64,000 bases of DNA from Candidatus Methanomethylicaceae archaeon (GCA_026414165.1 JAOAJN010000003.1:68172-132171); one strand, 5' to 3'; positions 46,661 to 56,721 are shown, counted from the stretch's first letter. Notes: generated from the letters alone by a model not told the origin. A program made the numbers and translations.

Positions 46661-48055
46661 TTGTTTGAGCTGAGCGAGTCGCTGAGATCAGGAGAATTTG
46701 AATGGGAGGACGTAGTGGAGGCTTACAGTGAGCAGATTAAAAGGTATGACGACGAACTGAACGCGTATATCACAATAAATGGAATTGAACAAAAACCTGC
46801 GGAAGGAACGCTCTCTGGTGCCCCAATAGCCATCAAGGACAACATATGCACAAGGGGATTGAGGACGACATGTGGTTCCAAGCTGCTCAAAAACTACATC
46901 CCCCCTTATGATGCCACCGTGGTCCGAAGGTTAAAGGAATCAGGTGCCACAATCCTTGGCAAGACCAACATGGACGAGTTTGCCATGGGCTCATCCACGG
47001 AGAATAGTGCTTTCTTTCCATCAAAAAACCCTTGGGACAAGTCCAGGGTCCCAGGAGGGTCCTCTGGTGGGAGTGCTGTAGCTGTTGCGGCAAGGGAGGC
47101 GGCGGCAGCCCTCGGCTCAGACACTGGCGGGTCGGTAAGATGTCCCGCGAGTTTTTGTGGCATAGTTGGACTGAAGCCAACATACGGTCTGGTGAGCAGG
47201 TTCGGCCTAGTAGCATTTGCAAACAGTCTGGAGCAGATAGGTCCAATGACGCGCGATGTGAGAGACTGTGCCTTGATGATGAACATTATTGCAGGTCATG
47301 ATGAGATGGACGGGACTTCTGTCAAAAGACCACATGAGGATTACCTATCATATCTTGACAAAGACGTGAGAGGGATCAGGATTGGAGTGCCAAAGGAGTT
47401 TTTCGGAGAGGGAACAGAGGAGGGGGTAGCGAAAGAGGTCTGGAGGAGCATACACCTTCTTGAGAGTTTTGGGGGAAAGTATAGCGAGACAACGCTACCG
47501 ACCCTGAGATACGCGCTTCCCACCTATTATTTGATTGCGATGTCAGAGGCAAGTTCGAATTTGGCCAGATATGACGGGATCAGGTATGGGGTTAGGGAAG
47601 AGGACGAAGGAATGGACTGGTCAGCATCATACTCGAGGACTAGAAGCCTCTTTGGGATGGAGGTGAAGAGGAGGATAATTCTCGGAACCTTCGCTCTCTC
47701 CGCAGGATATTATGAGGGATACTATCTCAAGGCGCTCAAAGTGAGGAGTTTGATAAGGAGAGACTTTGAGAGGCTTTTTAAGGAGTTTGATGTTATTGTC
47801 GGACCGACGGTGCCAACAACTGCATTTAAGCTTGGGGAGAAGGTCGAAGATCCGCTTGCCATGTACATGACGGACATAGATACCGTTACGATTAACTTGG
47901 CAGGGATACCTGCAATATCGGTGCCATGTGGTTTTTCTAGCGGCCTACCTGTTGGTTTACAGATCATGGCTCCGCCTTTTATGGAAGGGATGCTCCTGGC
48001 CGTTGCAAAGAGAGTTGAGGAGGGACTGAAATTAAATCTGAAACCTCCTTTGTGA
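46661..48055 (+). CDS. gatA: Asp/Glu-tRNA amidotransferase subunit A (amidase)
   Basis: The amidase signature is [13 protein letters not shown]...[16 protein letters not shown]. It has a TTG start. Confidence 0.92.
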   Translation: MFELSESLRSGEFEWEDVVEAYSEQIKRYDDELNAYITINGIEQKPAEGTLSGAPIAIKDNICTRGLRTTCGSKLLKNYIPPYDATVVRRLKESGATILGKTNMDEFAMGSSTENSAFFPSKNPWDKSRVPGGSSGGSAVAVAAREAAAALGSDTGGSVRCPASFCGIVGLKPTYGLVSRFGLVAFANSLEQIGPMTRDVRDCALMMNIIAGHDEMDGTSVKRPHEDYLSYLDKDVRGIRIGVPKEFFGEGTEEGVAKEVWRSIHLLESFGGKYSETTLPTLRYALPTYYLIAMSEASSNLARYDGIRYGVREEDEGMDWSASYSRTRSLFGMEVKRRIILGTFALSAGYYEGYYLKALKVRSLIRRDFERLFKEFDVIVGPTVPTTAFKLGEKVEDPLAMYMTDIDTVTINLAGIPAISVPCGFSSGLPVGLQIMAPPFMEGMLLAVAKRVEEGLKLNLKPPL

Positions 48056-48058
48056 GGG

Positions 48059-49522
48059 ATGATCATGAGTCCTGAAGAGAATGTTCTGATCGGGCTGGAG
48101 GTTCACTGCCAACTCACAAACCTCAAGACCAAGCTCTTCTGTGGTTGTAGCTCTGATTACAGGGGGAAAGAGCCGAACTCCAATGTTTGCGTTATATGTC
48201 TTGGACACCCTGGATCGCTTCCGAAGCCGAATAAAGGCGCCATTGAGTACGCGATAATGACGGGGCTGGCGCTGAACAGCACTATTAACTCCAGAACGTC
48301 CTTCTATAGGAAGAATTACTTTTATGTGGATATGAGTAAGAATTTCCAGATCTCGATGTATGAGACCAACGGATCCGCCGCGATATGTACTGGAGGTCAC
48401 TTAGACATAAACGTGGGTGCGAAGAAGAAAAGAGTAAGAATAACAAGGATACAGCTCGAGGAAGACCCTGCAAAGTTGGTCCACATCGGACCTATAGATC
48501 TTTCGCCGTACACGCTAGTCGATTATAACAGAGCAGGAATGGCTCTGTTAGAGGTTGTTACTGAGCCGGACCTCTCTTCTCCTAGAGAGGCAAGAGTATT
48601 CCTCCAGAAGCTCAGGTCAATACTGGAGCATATAGGGGCGTTTGACGGAGGGTTGGAGGGCGCTATGCGGTGCGATGCAAACGTGTCGGTGGAAGGGGGC
48701 GAGAGGGTTGAGATCAAGAACATATCGTCGTTTAAGGAGGTCGAGAGGGCTCTGAGCTACGAGATATCGAGACAGTCGGCACTGATCAAGAAGGGAGAGA
48801 GGGTAGTAAGGGAGACGCGCCATTGGGACGAGATAAGGAAGGTTACAATATCCCTCAGGGAGAAGGAAGAGGAGTACGATTACAGGTATTTCCCAGAGCC
48901 CGACATAGTCCCACTGCAGATCACCACTGAGTATGTTGAGCAGATAAGGGCCAAGATGCCAGAGCTGCCCGACGCTAGGTCAGATAGATTCGTTAGAGAA
49001 TACGGAATACCAGCATATGATGCACAGGTACTTACTTCAGAGAAGGCGCTGGCAGACTTCTTTGAGGAATGTGTGAGGATCTACAGGGATCCAAAAAACA
49101 TCAGCAACTGGATAATGAGCGACCTGTTAGGGGTGCTCCATGAAAAAGGGATGGAGATTCAGGAATCAAAGATCACTCCTCAGGCACTGGCGGAGATGCT
49201 TCAATTAATAAAGGAAGGGGTCATAAGCGGGAAGATCGGGAAGATAATCTTGCCAGAAATCGTGGAGACAGGCAAGATGCCATCCCAAGTTGTTAAGGAG
49301 AGAGGGATGGAGAGGATAGCGGATAGGGAGATTATTGAGAGGGTAGTTGAGGAGGTTTTTGATGAGAACGACAAGGCAGTGGACGATGCCCTAACAGACA
49401 GCAATGCCGTGAATTACCTGATAGGGCAAGTAATGAAAAAGACCAAGGCAAAGGGCGACCCAAAACTGGTGAACGAGATCGTGAGGGAAAGACTGGAGAG
49501 GATGAAGGAAAGAAGACGCTAA
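48059..49522 (+). CDS. gatB: Asp/Glu-tRNA amidotransferase subunit B
   Basis: IGLEVHCQL...KLFCGC...VDYNRAGMALLEVVTEPD...CDANVS, with a YqeY-like C-terminal tail. Confidence 0.92.
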   Translation: MIMSPEENVLIGLEVHCQLTNLKTKLFCGCSSDYRGKEPNSNVCVICLGHPGSLPKPNKGAIEYAIMTGLALNSTINSRTSFYRKNYFYVDMSKNFQISMYETNGSAAICTGGHLDINVGAKKKRVRITRIQLEEDPAKLVHIGPIDLSPYTLVDYNRAGMALLEVVTEPDLSSPREARVFLQKLRSILEHIGAFDGGLEGAMRCDANVSVEGGERVEIKNISSFKEVERALSYEISRQSALIKKGERVVRETRHWDEIRKVTISLREKEEEYDYRYFPEPDIVPLQITTEYVEQIRAKMPELPDARSDRFVREYGIPAYDAQVLTSEKALADFFEECVRIYRDPKNISNWIMSDLLGVLHEKGMEIQESKITPQALAEMLQLIKEGVISGKIGKIILPEIVETGKMPSQVVKERGMERIADREIIERVVEEVFDENDKAVDDALTDSNAVNYLIGQVMKKTKAKGDPKLVNEIVRERLERMKERRR

Positions 49523-49715
49523 TAGAAAAATTATTTATTGGCAGGCCCTTCAGATTTCCGAGTCATAAATTCTAAATCCCGAATCTTTAAAATCCATTTT
49601 TGTTTATGACTTCCCGTCAACTTTTATAATAGGTCTTCCATTAAATGATATTTAAGATCAGGACTGCCCAAAACCTTTCATAAGGTTAATAACTGATCGA
49701 GCGTTACAACAAATT

Positions 49716-50411
49716 GTGGTCCTAATGTTGGAAGAGCTCATTAAGAGAGGGCTAGAAAGAGGATGGTTGCTGGAGCCCGAGGCGAAGGACCTCTGCCGCA
49801 ATTACGGACTATCTGTGGGAGAATGGATTGTTGTCAGAGATCTGGACGATTTAAAGAGTGCTGTTGAGGAGCTCGGGTTTCCTCTTGTTATGAAGATAGT
49901 CTCACCTGATGTGCTCCACAAGTCGGATGTGGGCGGGGTAATACTTAACATAGACAGTGAAGAGAAGGCAATAAGCTCCTTTGAGAAGATAAAGGAGATA
50001 GCAAAGAAGGGAGGTTACAGACTTGATGGTGTTTTGGTGGAGCGTATGGCGCCCCAAGGTGTGGAGACTATAATTGGGGCCAAAATGGATCCCCAGTTTG
50101 GACCAGTTTTAATGTTTGGGCTGGGAGGCATATTTGTTGAGGTTTTTAAGGACGTCTCTTTCCGAGTGGCGCCTATAATAAAGGAGGAGGCGATGGAGAT
50201 GATTACTGAGCTTAAGGCTTACCCTATACTGAAGGGCATCAGAGGAAGAAAGCCCTCAGACATTAATAGTCTGGCGGAAGCCCTAGTGAAGATTTCGAAC
50301 ATTATGATTGAACTGCCACAGATTAGCGAAATAGACCTGAACCCAACAATTGCCTACGATGTGGGATACAAAATAGTGGATGCAAGGATCTTATTAAAGA
50401 AAGGTCAATAG
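49716..50411 (+). CDS. acdB: ADP-forming acetyl-CoA synthetase beta subunit-like (ATP-grasp) protein
   Basis: EPEAKDLCRNYGLSV...PLVMKIVSPDVLHKSDVGGVILNI...EIDLNP. No alpha subunit is adjacent. Confidence 0.7.
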   Translation: MVLMLEELIKRGLERGWLLEPEAKDLCRNYGLSVGEWIVVRDLDDLKSAVEELGFPLVMKIVSPDVLHKSDVGGVILNIDSEEKAISSFEKIKEIAKKGGYRLDGVLVERMAPQGVETIIGAKMDPQFGPVLMFGLGGIFVEVFKDVSFRVAPIIKEEAMEMITELKAYPILKGIRGRKPSDINSLAEALVKISNIMIELPQISEIDLNPTIAYDVGYKIVDARILLKKGQ

Positions 50412-50421
50412 GTGTAACTTT

Positions 50422-51312
50422 TTGTTAGACGTATTATCGGCGGGGAACATAAACATCGATCTATCTTTCTTAATCAATAAATTGCCAGACTTGGATGGAG
50501 AAGAGACCGCAGATCTGGAGATCTTTCACGGAGGGTCTGCTGCCAATTTCGCCGTCGGAGTCTCCAGATTAGGACTCAAAGCAGGAATACTTGGGTGTGT
50601 CGGGGACGATGAATTTGGAAGAGAGGCGATCTGTGAGCTGAAGAAGGCGGGCGTTGTGACGGACTTCGTGAGAGTATCGAAAGGAAAAAGAACCGGCACT
50701 GTCTGCGTTCTTGTGGACAAGAGCGGGGGTAGGAGGATGCTAGCCTATAGAGGGGCTAATGTGGAGCTTGAGTCACTTGTGGAAGATCTGCCAGAAGCGA
50801 AGTTCATCCAGCTCTGCAACGTTAGCAGGAATGTGTTAATGAAGATCAAGAAAAGCCGGGGGCGAGCACGTATATCTTTAGACCCTGGGGGGAGTGTTGT
50901 GGAGTTGACTCCTGAGGACTTGGATGGTGTCGATCTCCTATTGCTGAACGAACTGGAGTGTAGGCTCTTGACGAGGTCGGAATATAGGGAAGGAACAAGA
51001 AAACTCTCAGAGTATGTAAGACAAGTGGTCGTGAAGTTAGGAGAGAGAGGCGCATATGCGTTTGACGGAAGGGAAGAGAAGATTCAGAGAGCTTTGAGGG
51101 TAAAGGTTGTTGACACCACAGGGGCAGGGGATGCTTTTGATGCAGGCTTCATTACAGCTTTCATAAAAGGGATGGGTATTGAGGAGTGCCTGCGCTGGGG
51201 CATAGCCACAGCCTCGCTGAAGATACAGAGAAGGGGGGCGAGGGAGGGCTTGCCCACACTTGTAGAGCTTGAAGAGTTTTTGTCATGCGACCCATGGATC
51301 ACTAACATTTGA
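50422..51312 (+). CDS. PfkB-family carbohydrate/nucleoside kinase
   Basis: GGSAANFAVG...VVDTTGAGDAFDAGF are the PfkB signatures. It has a TTG start. Confidence 0.8.
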   Translation: MLDVLSAGNINIDLSFLINKLPDLDGEETADLEIFHGGSAANFAVGVSRLGLKAGILGCVGDDEFGREAICELKKAGVVTDFVRVSKGKRTGTVCVLVDKSGGRRMLAYRGANVELESLVEDLPEAKFIQLCNVSRNVLMKIKKSRGRARISLDPGGSVVELTPEDLDGVDLLLLNELECRLLTRSEYREGTRKLSEYVRQVVVKLGERGAYAFDGREEKIQRALRVKVVDTTGAGDAFDAGFITAFIKGMGIEECLRWGIATASLKIQRRGAREGLPTLVELEEFLSCDPWITNI

Positions 51313-52318
51313 TTATTAAGACGCCGCTACCTCGGTATTGACCACGCTTCAACATAAGTAAAGCCTCATTAGCCTCCTCCAGCCTGAATTTTTTAACTTC
51401 GGGTCTTATAGGAATCTTTGCTGCCACCTCTAAGAACTCTTGCACATCTGTCCTAGTGATGTTTGCAACACTCTTGACCTCTCTCTCGCCCCATAGGTGG
51501 GAAGCGTAATCAAGGTCGGTTATCGGCGTCTCCTTCCTGATTAAGTTCATTACAAGGCGCCCTCCCTTCTCGAGGTTTCTTAGGGCCTCCTTGACCGGCG
51601 ACCCGATGGGCGTTGTGTCTATGGCACAGTCTAGTTTTTCTGGGGGGGTTTCTCCGGTCTCGCCAACCCAGTCCGCGCCCATCTTCATTGCAAGTTCGCT
51701 GGGCGCATCGCCCTTCCTCCTCGTGAACACAAAGATCCTTGAGGTCGGGAAGAGGTATTTTATGAGTTGGAATTGAATGTGAGCGGAGGATCCGAACCCG
51801 AACAGCCCAATGGTCTCACCATCTCTCATTCCTGTTAGCTTTAGGGCCCGATAGCCTATCGCTCCAGCGCATAGAAGGGGAGCAGCCTCATGATCTTCAA
51901 ATGTATCGGGTATTGGATAGGCAAAGTCTTCATGTACCAAGATGTACTCGGCGTACCCTCCATCGGCGTCGCATCCCGTGCCCATAAATCTATCACAAAG
52001 GTTCTCAAGACCCCTATTGCAGAAGCAGCACAGTCCGCACGCACGGTAGATCCATGCTACGCCAAGCCTTTGACCAATACGGTATCTGGAGGCGTCAGGT
52101 CCAAGATCTTTGATCCTTCCCACTATTTGATGCCCAGGTATGACTGGTAGTTTTGTTGGCAACCTACCTTCTATTTCGTCCAGTTCGGTGCGACACACCC
52201 CACATGCCGAAATTTCTAATAGGATCTCCCTGCCAGCTGGCTGGGTCACCGGCACATCCTCGAGTACCAGCGGATTTGTTTCTATGGGTGATGCTTTTTT
52301 GAGAACCATTGCCCTCAT
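51302..52318 (-). CDS. Zinc-dependent alcohol dehydrogenase family protein
   Basis: ACGVCRTELDEIEG, the structural-zinc Cys cluster CGLCCFCNRGLENLC, and the nucleotide-binding motif GLFGFGSSA. Confidence 0.8.
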   Translation of the reverse strand: MRAMVLKKASPIETNPLVLEDVPVTQPAGREILLEISACGVCRTELDEIEGRLPTKLPVIPGHQIVGRIKDLGPDASRYRIGQRLGVAWIYRACGLCCFCNRGLENLCDRFMGTGCDADGGYAEYILVHEDFAYPIPDTFEDHEAAPLLCAGAIGYRALKLTGMRDGETIGLFGFGSSAHIQFQLIKYLFPTSRIFVFTRRKGDAPSELAMKMGADWVGETGETPPEKLDCAIDTTPIGSPVKEALRNLEKGGRLVMNLIRKETPITDLDYASHLWGEREVKSVANITRTDVQEFLEVAAKIPIRPEVKKFRLEEANEALLMLKRGQYRGSGVLIIKC

Positions 52319-52466
52319 TCAATCATCCAATAAAACTTTCATCATTTCAGTATTTGAATTTTTTAATTTTGAAGTGGTAGTGACGTGAATTTTGGCTACT
52401 CTCTTTTTTAGTGAAAATGAAAGACTTACGTGAGGAGATCATCAGCCAGCAAAGGTATATCGAGTG

Positions 52467-53015
52467 TTAGGAACTCCACAGACGTCGCAGTTCATGATCT
52501 GATGTGAAGGGCGGTTTTAACTTAGGTGCAGCAATTTTTATGGTGAGGGAAGTAGATCTTACTTGATGCATTCGCAGTCCCAACTTTAACTCGACAAATT
52601 CAGGGATTACTGAGTTAATAAATCTGAAGGAGGGAGATCCATAAATTAGACCCCTACAGTAGTTGTTAACATATACGTAAAAGGTTTCATTTTTAAAATT
52701 AAAAGATGCTTCGTTACTGTGCTCATAGTGAGGGGATTCAAATACTGCAAAGGGCCACATCTTGCAGGCAACTGGTTTAAGGGGTTGTATACCACACACC
52801 ATCTTTCCGTTTCTCTTAACCTGGAATACACACCTTCCGTCGAGTCTTCTCTTCAAATAAGTTGCACTAACTCCGAATTCTATACATGAGAAACCAAAAG
52901 TGTTTGCCAAGAGGACCATCTCATATGTCCTTAATGGAACCTTGAATTCTTTACAGCACTTGCCACAAGCTGTGCAGAACCAATCGCTAATCTTGCTCCA
53001 AGGAACATATTTCAT
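52467..53015 (-). CDS. YkgJ/UPF0153-type cysteine-cluster (CxxCxxCC) protein
   Basis: CTACGKCCKEF near the N-terminus, and a second Cys group (CVF...CGI...C). Confidence 0.6.
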   Translation of the reverse strand: MKYVPWSKISDWFCTACGKCCKEFKVPLRTYEMVLLANTFGFSCIEFGVSATYLKRRLDGRCVFQVKRNGKMVCGIQPLKPVACKMWPFAVFESPHYEHSNEASFNFKNETFYVYVNNYCRGLIYGSPSFRFINSVIPEFVELKLGLRMHQVRSTSLTIKIAAPKLKPPFTSDHELRRLWSS

Positions 53016-53268
53016 TAGGTCTCAATTGTTTTTTATATGGTGTCGTTTATTTTTATCGGATCTTTATTGATTCTTATTTTTGCCATTGTATTATATTGGA
53101 GCGATAATCTCAAGCACCTCGTATAGCATTAATCGTTAATTTAGGTGCCTCCTAGGAGCTTTTATTTATTGCAGCTGATAGATAGAGTAGTAGGCACCCT
53201 GCGCCCTTTGCCTTTCTAGGATTTCGATAACTTTTTGGCAATCCTTGGCAATAATAGTATAGCCTTTA

Positions 53269-53580
53269 TTGATATTATTCTACTCCACGTTATTAATAAA
53301 CTATATTTTCAGAATGGATACGGGGATCAATAAACACACTGAAGTTCAGATGAAATATTTAAAAATGAGTCAGGGCTTCTTTTATAGAGATATTAGAGCT
53401 TCAGGTATTGCTTTGGATTTGAAGTTAAAGTTTGAGAAAAGCTTTACTGCATTCGGCTTCATAATTTTGGCAACAATATTATGTTTGCCTGGAGTGATAG
53501 CTACGCTATTACGGTATATGAAGGTCACAAATAGTGCGCGCAAAGCGTTAAGGGACTTATTTAATTTTTCTGAAGATTAA
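53269..53580 (+). CDS. Hypothetical small membrane protein in the AT-rich patch
   Basis: A TTG-start ORF with one clear hydrophobic helix (FGFIILATILCLPGVIATLL). Support is weak. Confidence 0.3.
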   Translation: MILFYSTLLINYIFRMDTGINKHTEVQMKYLKMSQGFFYRDIRASGIALDLKLKFEKSFTAFGFIILATILCLPGVIATLLRYMKVTNSARKALRDLFNFSED

Positions 53581-53697
53581 TTGTTCAAAGGGGGAAGGTA
53601 TAGAGGTCGGATCATTAACAATTGATGCGATCATGGAAGGCATAAGTAAGATCAAAGATGATAATTTTTATATATTAAAATAAAAATTATCAAAAAT

Positions 53698-54453
53698 ATG
53701 ACTAATGAGATGGGAATTTCTCATGTAATTGCCACAGTTCTTCTTATAGCAATATTAGTTTCAGGATCAACTGTAACATACTATTTTATAATAGAATACG
53801 CTAACACTAGGACTTCAAAGATGGAAAGGGGTCTATTGAGCTATGATAATTTTAATTTAAGAGCCATAGATGGAATAATTGAGATAAACATATACTTAAG
53901 GAATATTGGTAGAAGAGATTTAATATTGGATCATATATATGTTGATGAAAAGAGATGCAAGCATATTGAGGGACTTGATGGCATTAGCGAAGAGCTTTAT
54001 GAAATAAGCCAAAATCTCACGGAGATATCATATGAAATTGGAGGCGATGTTGGTGAGAGACTTAGGGAAATAAGTTCAGAAGTTGAGAAAATAGGAAGCA
54101 TACTTCAAGGTATTAATCTCTTCACATTTAATTTATATGAGCTAGCAGGACAGCTTTATGATATAAGCATAAATCTAAAAAATACAGCATATGAATATAA
54201 TAAGCCCGAGGTTAGTGAGAGGATAATCTATAGAGCAAATCAGGCTAAGGATATAGCAGATTCCCTCCACTTTATGGCTATTACAGGATGGACATTCTGT
54301 GAGATTAATGGAAATGTTATTGAAAGCAGGAGCTTGAAATCTGGAGAGACTCGCCTGCTTCTAATATATTCAAATAAGTCTTCAACGAAATCTCAGCTAA
54401 TAAAGATAATTTGTGATGACGGAACTATGCTATCTATATCGGTGAGAAAATAG
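53698..54453 (+). CDS. Archaeal type IV pilin-like protein (class III signal peptide, DUF1628-like) with an internal helical-repeat insert
   Basis: The N-terminus MTNEMG/ISHVIATVLLIAILVSG resembles the prepilin cleavage site and hydrophobic helix. The beta-rich ends (IEINIYLRNIGRRDLILDHIYVD and SGETRLLLIYSNKS...IKIICDDGTMLSISV) flank a ~110-aa E/I/S-rich repeat region. Confidence 0.55.
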   Translation: MTNEMGISHVIATVLLIAILVSGSTVTYYFIIEYANTRTSKMERGLLSYDNFNLRAIDGIIEINIYLRNIGRRDLILDHIYVDEKRCKHIEGLDGISEELYEISQNLTEISYEIGGDVGERLREISSEVEKIGSILQGINLFTFNLYELAGQLYDISINLKNTAYEYNKPEVSERIIYRANQAKDIADSLHFMAITGWTFCEINGNVIESRSLKSGETRLLLIYSNKSSTKSQLIKIICDDGTMLSISVRK

Positions 54454-54579
54454 CGACTATTAAAATAGCAAGTTTTTAAACAATAAACATCCATATATAA
54501 ATTCAGAAACCAATTTCAATAATTAATTAATTTTTATAATATAAAATAAATAATGAAAAACTATTACGAGTGTCTCAAA

Positions 54580-55530
54580 TCACTGATTAGTGATCCTTCT
54601 ACGAAGTCTCGCCAAAACTATAATTCCAATAATTGCTATTATTGGAATTATGATTAGTAATAGAACTGGAGCAGCAAATGATGTAGCTCTAATTGGAGTG
54701 GTTAAATCAGATTGCTCAATTAATGCTAATGTTGGATCTCGGCTTTAGACTCAGCTTAACCAAGTCCAGTACCTATTTTGAAATCGATCTCTCGACATGA
54801 GAATTATTGGTTGCTATGTATTTTGATCTTTGATGGATTGGTGACATTAATATCCTTCATAGCTTATCTCAACATCAAAATATCAAACCTCAGCGTTTAT
54901 TAGATCTATATCAATGAACTTCTGGTTCTAGCATCCACTGTAGAGGTGCTTTGAGCAATATATTTTCATCAAAAATGGCAACCTTGGCGGTAAATTTACC
55001 TTCAGATTTTATAGTAACTCCTGCTTTTTCTACTTGAGCCTCCCCCACATAGAAATATCCAACTTCCCTCTTCGTTGTGGTTAATTCTATGGTTCCATAA
55101 ATCTTTCTATAAAAGATATACCAATGAGATTATCATCAAATCCCACCTCGCTACATCTAATGAGTTCCATTGAGCCAAGCCGAGTATCTTGCACTTGGAG
55201 CACCAGCTATACTTATTAATATAATGGATGCATTTCCTAATCTCAATGCTAGAGTCAACTATTATCAAGGCTCCATAACTAAAGACCTCCATATTGCCAC
55301 TCTTGGTACTATTATATGCCTTCTTAATCAGGGGACGCCATTATTTGAAGTGCCATTACATCCATACCATCGACATTCACAGTTATATAGACTATAGCAT
55401 AATTGCTCTTGGCTTGTTTAACCCTAAGCTCAATATGTATTTCAGCAATAACTCTTGGCACTTATTAAGAAGGATCGCGAAGATTTTATTTTGGTTCATG
55501 AAGATCAATTATGATGGAACTTGAAAATAG
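54580..55530 (-). pseudogene. Apparent debris of a surface/membrane protein gene (protein-like fragments in different frames, no intact ORF)
   Basis: Minus-strand fragments without start codons. At 55129->54914: SHWYIFYRKIYGTIELTTTKREVGYFYVGEAQVEKAGVTIKSEGKFTAKVAIFDENILLKAPLQWMLEPEVH*. At 54744->54583: ...TTPIRATSFAAPVLLLIIIPIIAIIGIIVLARLRRRITNQ*, a C-terminal transmembrane anchor with a basic tail. Further short frames lie up to ~55530. Confidence 0.3.
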
Positions 55531-55570
55531 ATTTATCTTTGGTAGCGGATTAGAGAAAATTTTCAGGTAA

Positions 55571-56146
55571 TCATAGTTTCTTTAGAAACTCAATTATTCC
55601 TACGCCGCGAACTACGTCACTCCTGATACTCCTGAACCCTAGGGCATTCATCATGCCCTCCAAATATTTGCCTGTTAGTTCGAGGAGGGTCTGATCGGCG
55701 TTTGGTGCGATCATGCTGATTGTTGTTCTTCCGTCAGACTTTCCCTCCATCTTGATTTCGGAGAGGTGCCAGAGCGAAGTTGAAAGTAAAGAGGGCAGTA
55801 TATTGAGAGGATCCTCAAATTTTGCCATTAAATATTTGCCGTACCACTCCCCGGCGGAGAACCATTCTTTTTCTAGCTCCTCTTTATTTTCCCATTTCTG
55901 GACCAGTTTGAGAAACAGATCCATGGGCAAGATAAGGGCACCTGAATCCTTCTGAACTTTAATTAGTTTGTAAAAGTTCGTGAGATCTCCCACTGTCACT
56001 TTCATCTCGCTAACTTTAAGAGCGTCTTGGAGGATCTCGTTGACTAGCGCAAATAGGGTCTTGTTCTCCCTCCTTGCAATTTCGGAGATCTTTTCCAAGA
56101 CATCTGCCCTGACCACGACAAGCTTCTTTTCCACTTTTTCGGGCAT
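55571..56146 (-). CDS. Uncharacterised 191-aa protein, tandem paralogue B
   Basis: It aligns by eye with the upstream 191-aa ORF. Shared segments are EKI.EIA....T.F..VNE.L, SG..LIP, EW...G...G.YL and LEG.MN..GFR.....V..G..I..F. Confidence 0.55.
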   Translation of the reverse strand: MPEKVEKKLVVVRADVLEKISEIARRENKTLFALVNEILQDALKVSEMKVTVGDLTNFYKLIKVQKDSGALILPMDLFLKLVQKWENKEELEKEWFSAGEWYGKYLMAKFEDPLNILPSLLSTSLWHLSEIKMEGKSDGRTTISMIAPNADQTLLELTGKYLEGMMNALGFRSIRSDVVRGVGIIEFLKKL

Positions 56147-56721
56147 CAGAGTTCGCGCTCCTGTTTAAACTTGAGAATTATTATTCCTTTTGATACCTCC
56201 CTTGATGCAACCCTAAAACCCATACCATTCATGACGCCCTCCAGAAATATCGCAACGGTTTCAGATCTCTTCTCCCCGAGCCTTGGCGAGATACATACAA
56301 GCCGCTCATTGGAAATCGAGATGTCGGGGTTTATACCAACCACCTCTTTAAGAATCCTTTCAACTTTTTTGAGATCTTTGATGTTGTTGAGATCCAAATA
56401 CCTTCCAAAAACTATACCAGAAGATCTCCAATATTCCTTCATTTTTGAGTCAAAGGGAGTAGATTCCATGAGGTATTCATGGAGAGGTTCCGGTATCAAG
56501 ACCATGCCAGAGTTCTTCGCGATCTCCAAGATCTTGGCATCCTCCATTAATGTGGTCAAGTCCCTACCCCACTCGTTTGCACTTATGAAGGCGCTCAAGG
56601 TCTCGTTGACTATGCTAAACACGGTCCTGCCACGCTCTTTTGCTATCTCGTTTATCTTCTCTGCTAAGTTTTCTTTGGCGGCAAGGAATTTTCGTCCCAA
56701 TTTGATCTCCTTTGTTGTCAA
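56146..56721 (-). CDS. Uncharacterised 191-aa protein, tandem paralogue A
   Basis: Same length and architecture as the downstream copy. The stop and start overlap by 1 nt at 56146. Confidence 0.55.
   Translation of the reverse strand: MTTKEIKLGRKFLAAKENLAEKINEIAKERGRTVFSIVNETLSAFISANEWGRDLTTLMEDAKILEIAKNSGMVLIPEPLHEYLMESTPFDSKMKEYWRSSGIVFGRYLDLNNIKDLKKVERILKEVVGINPDISISNERLVCISPRLGEKRSETVAIFLEGVMNGMGFRVASREVSKGIIILKFKQEREL

Noticed and set aside
52319-52466. A possible C/D-box sRNA. The minus strand contains CTGATGA... and ...ACTGAAATGATGAAAG (a D'-C'-like juxtaposition).
   Set aside because: I could not find a complete C / D' / C' / D set with ~12-nt guide spacing. The terminal D box would be TTGA rather than CTGA.
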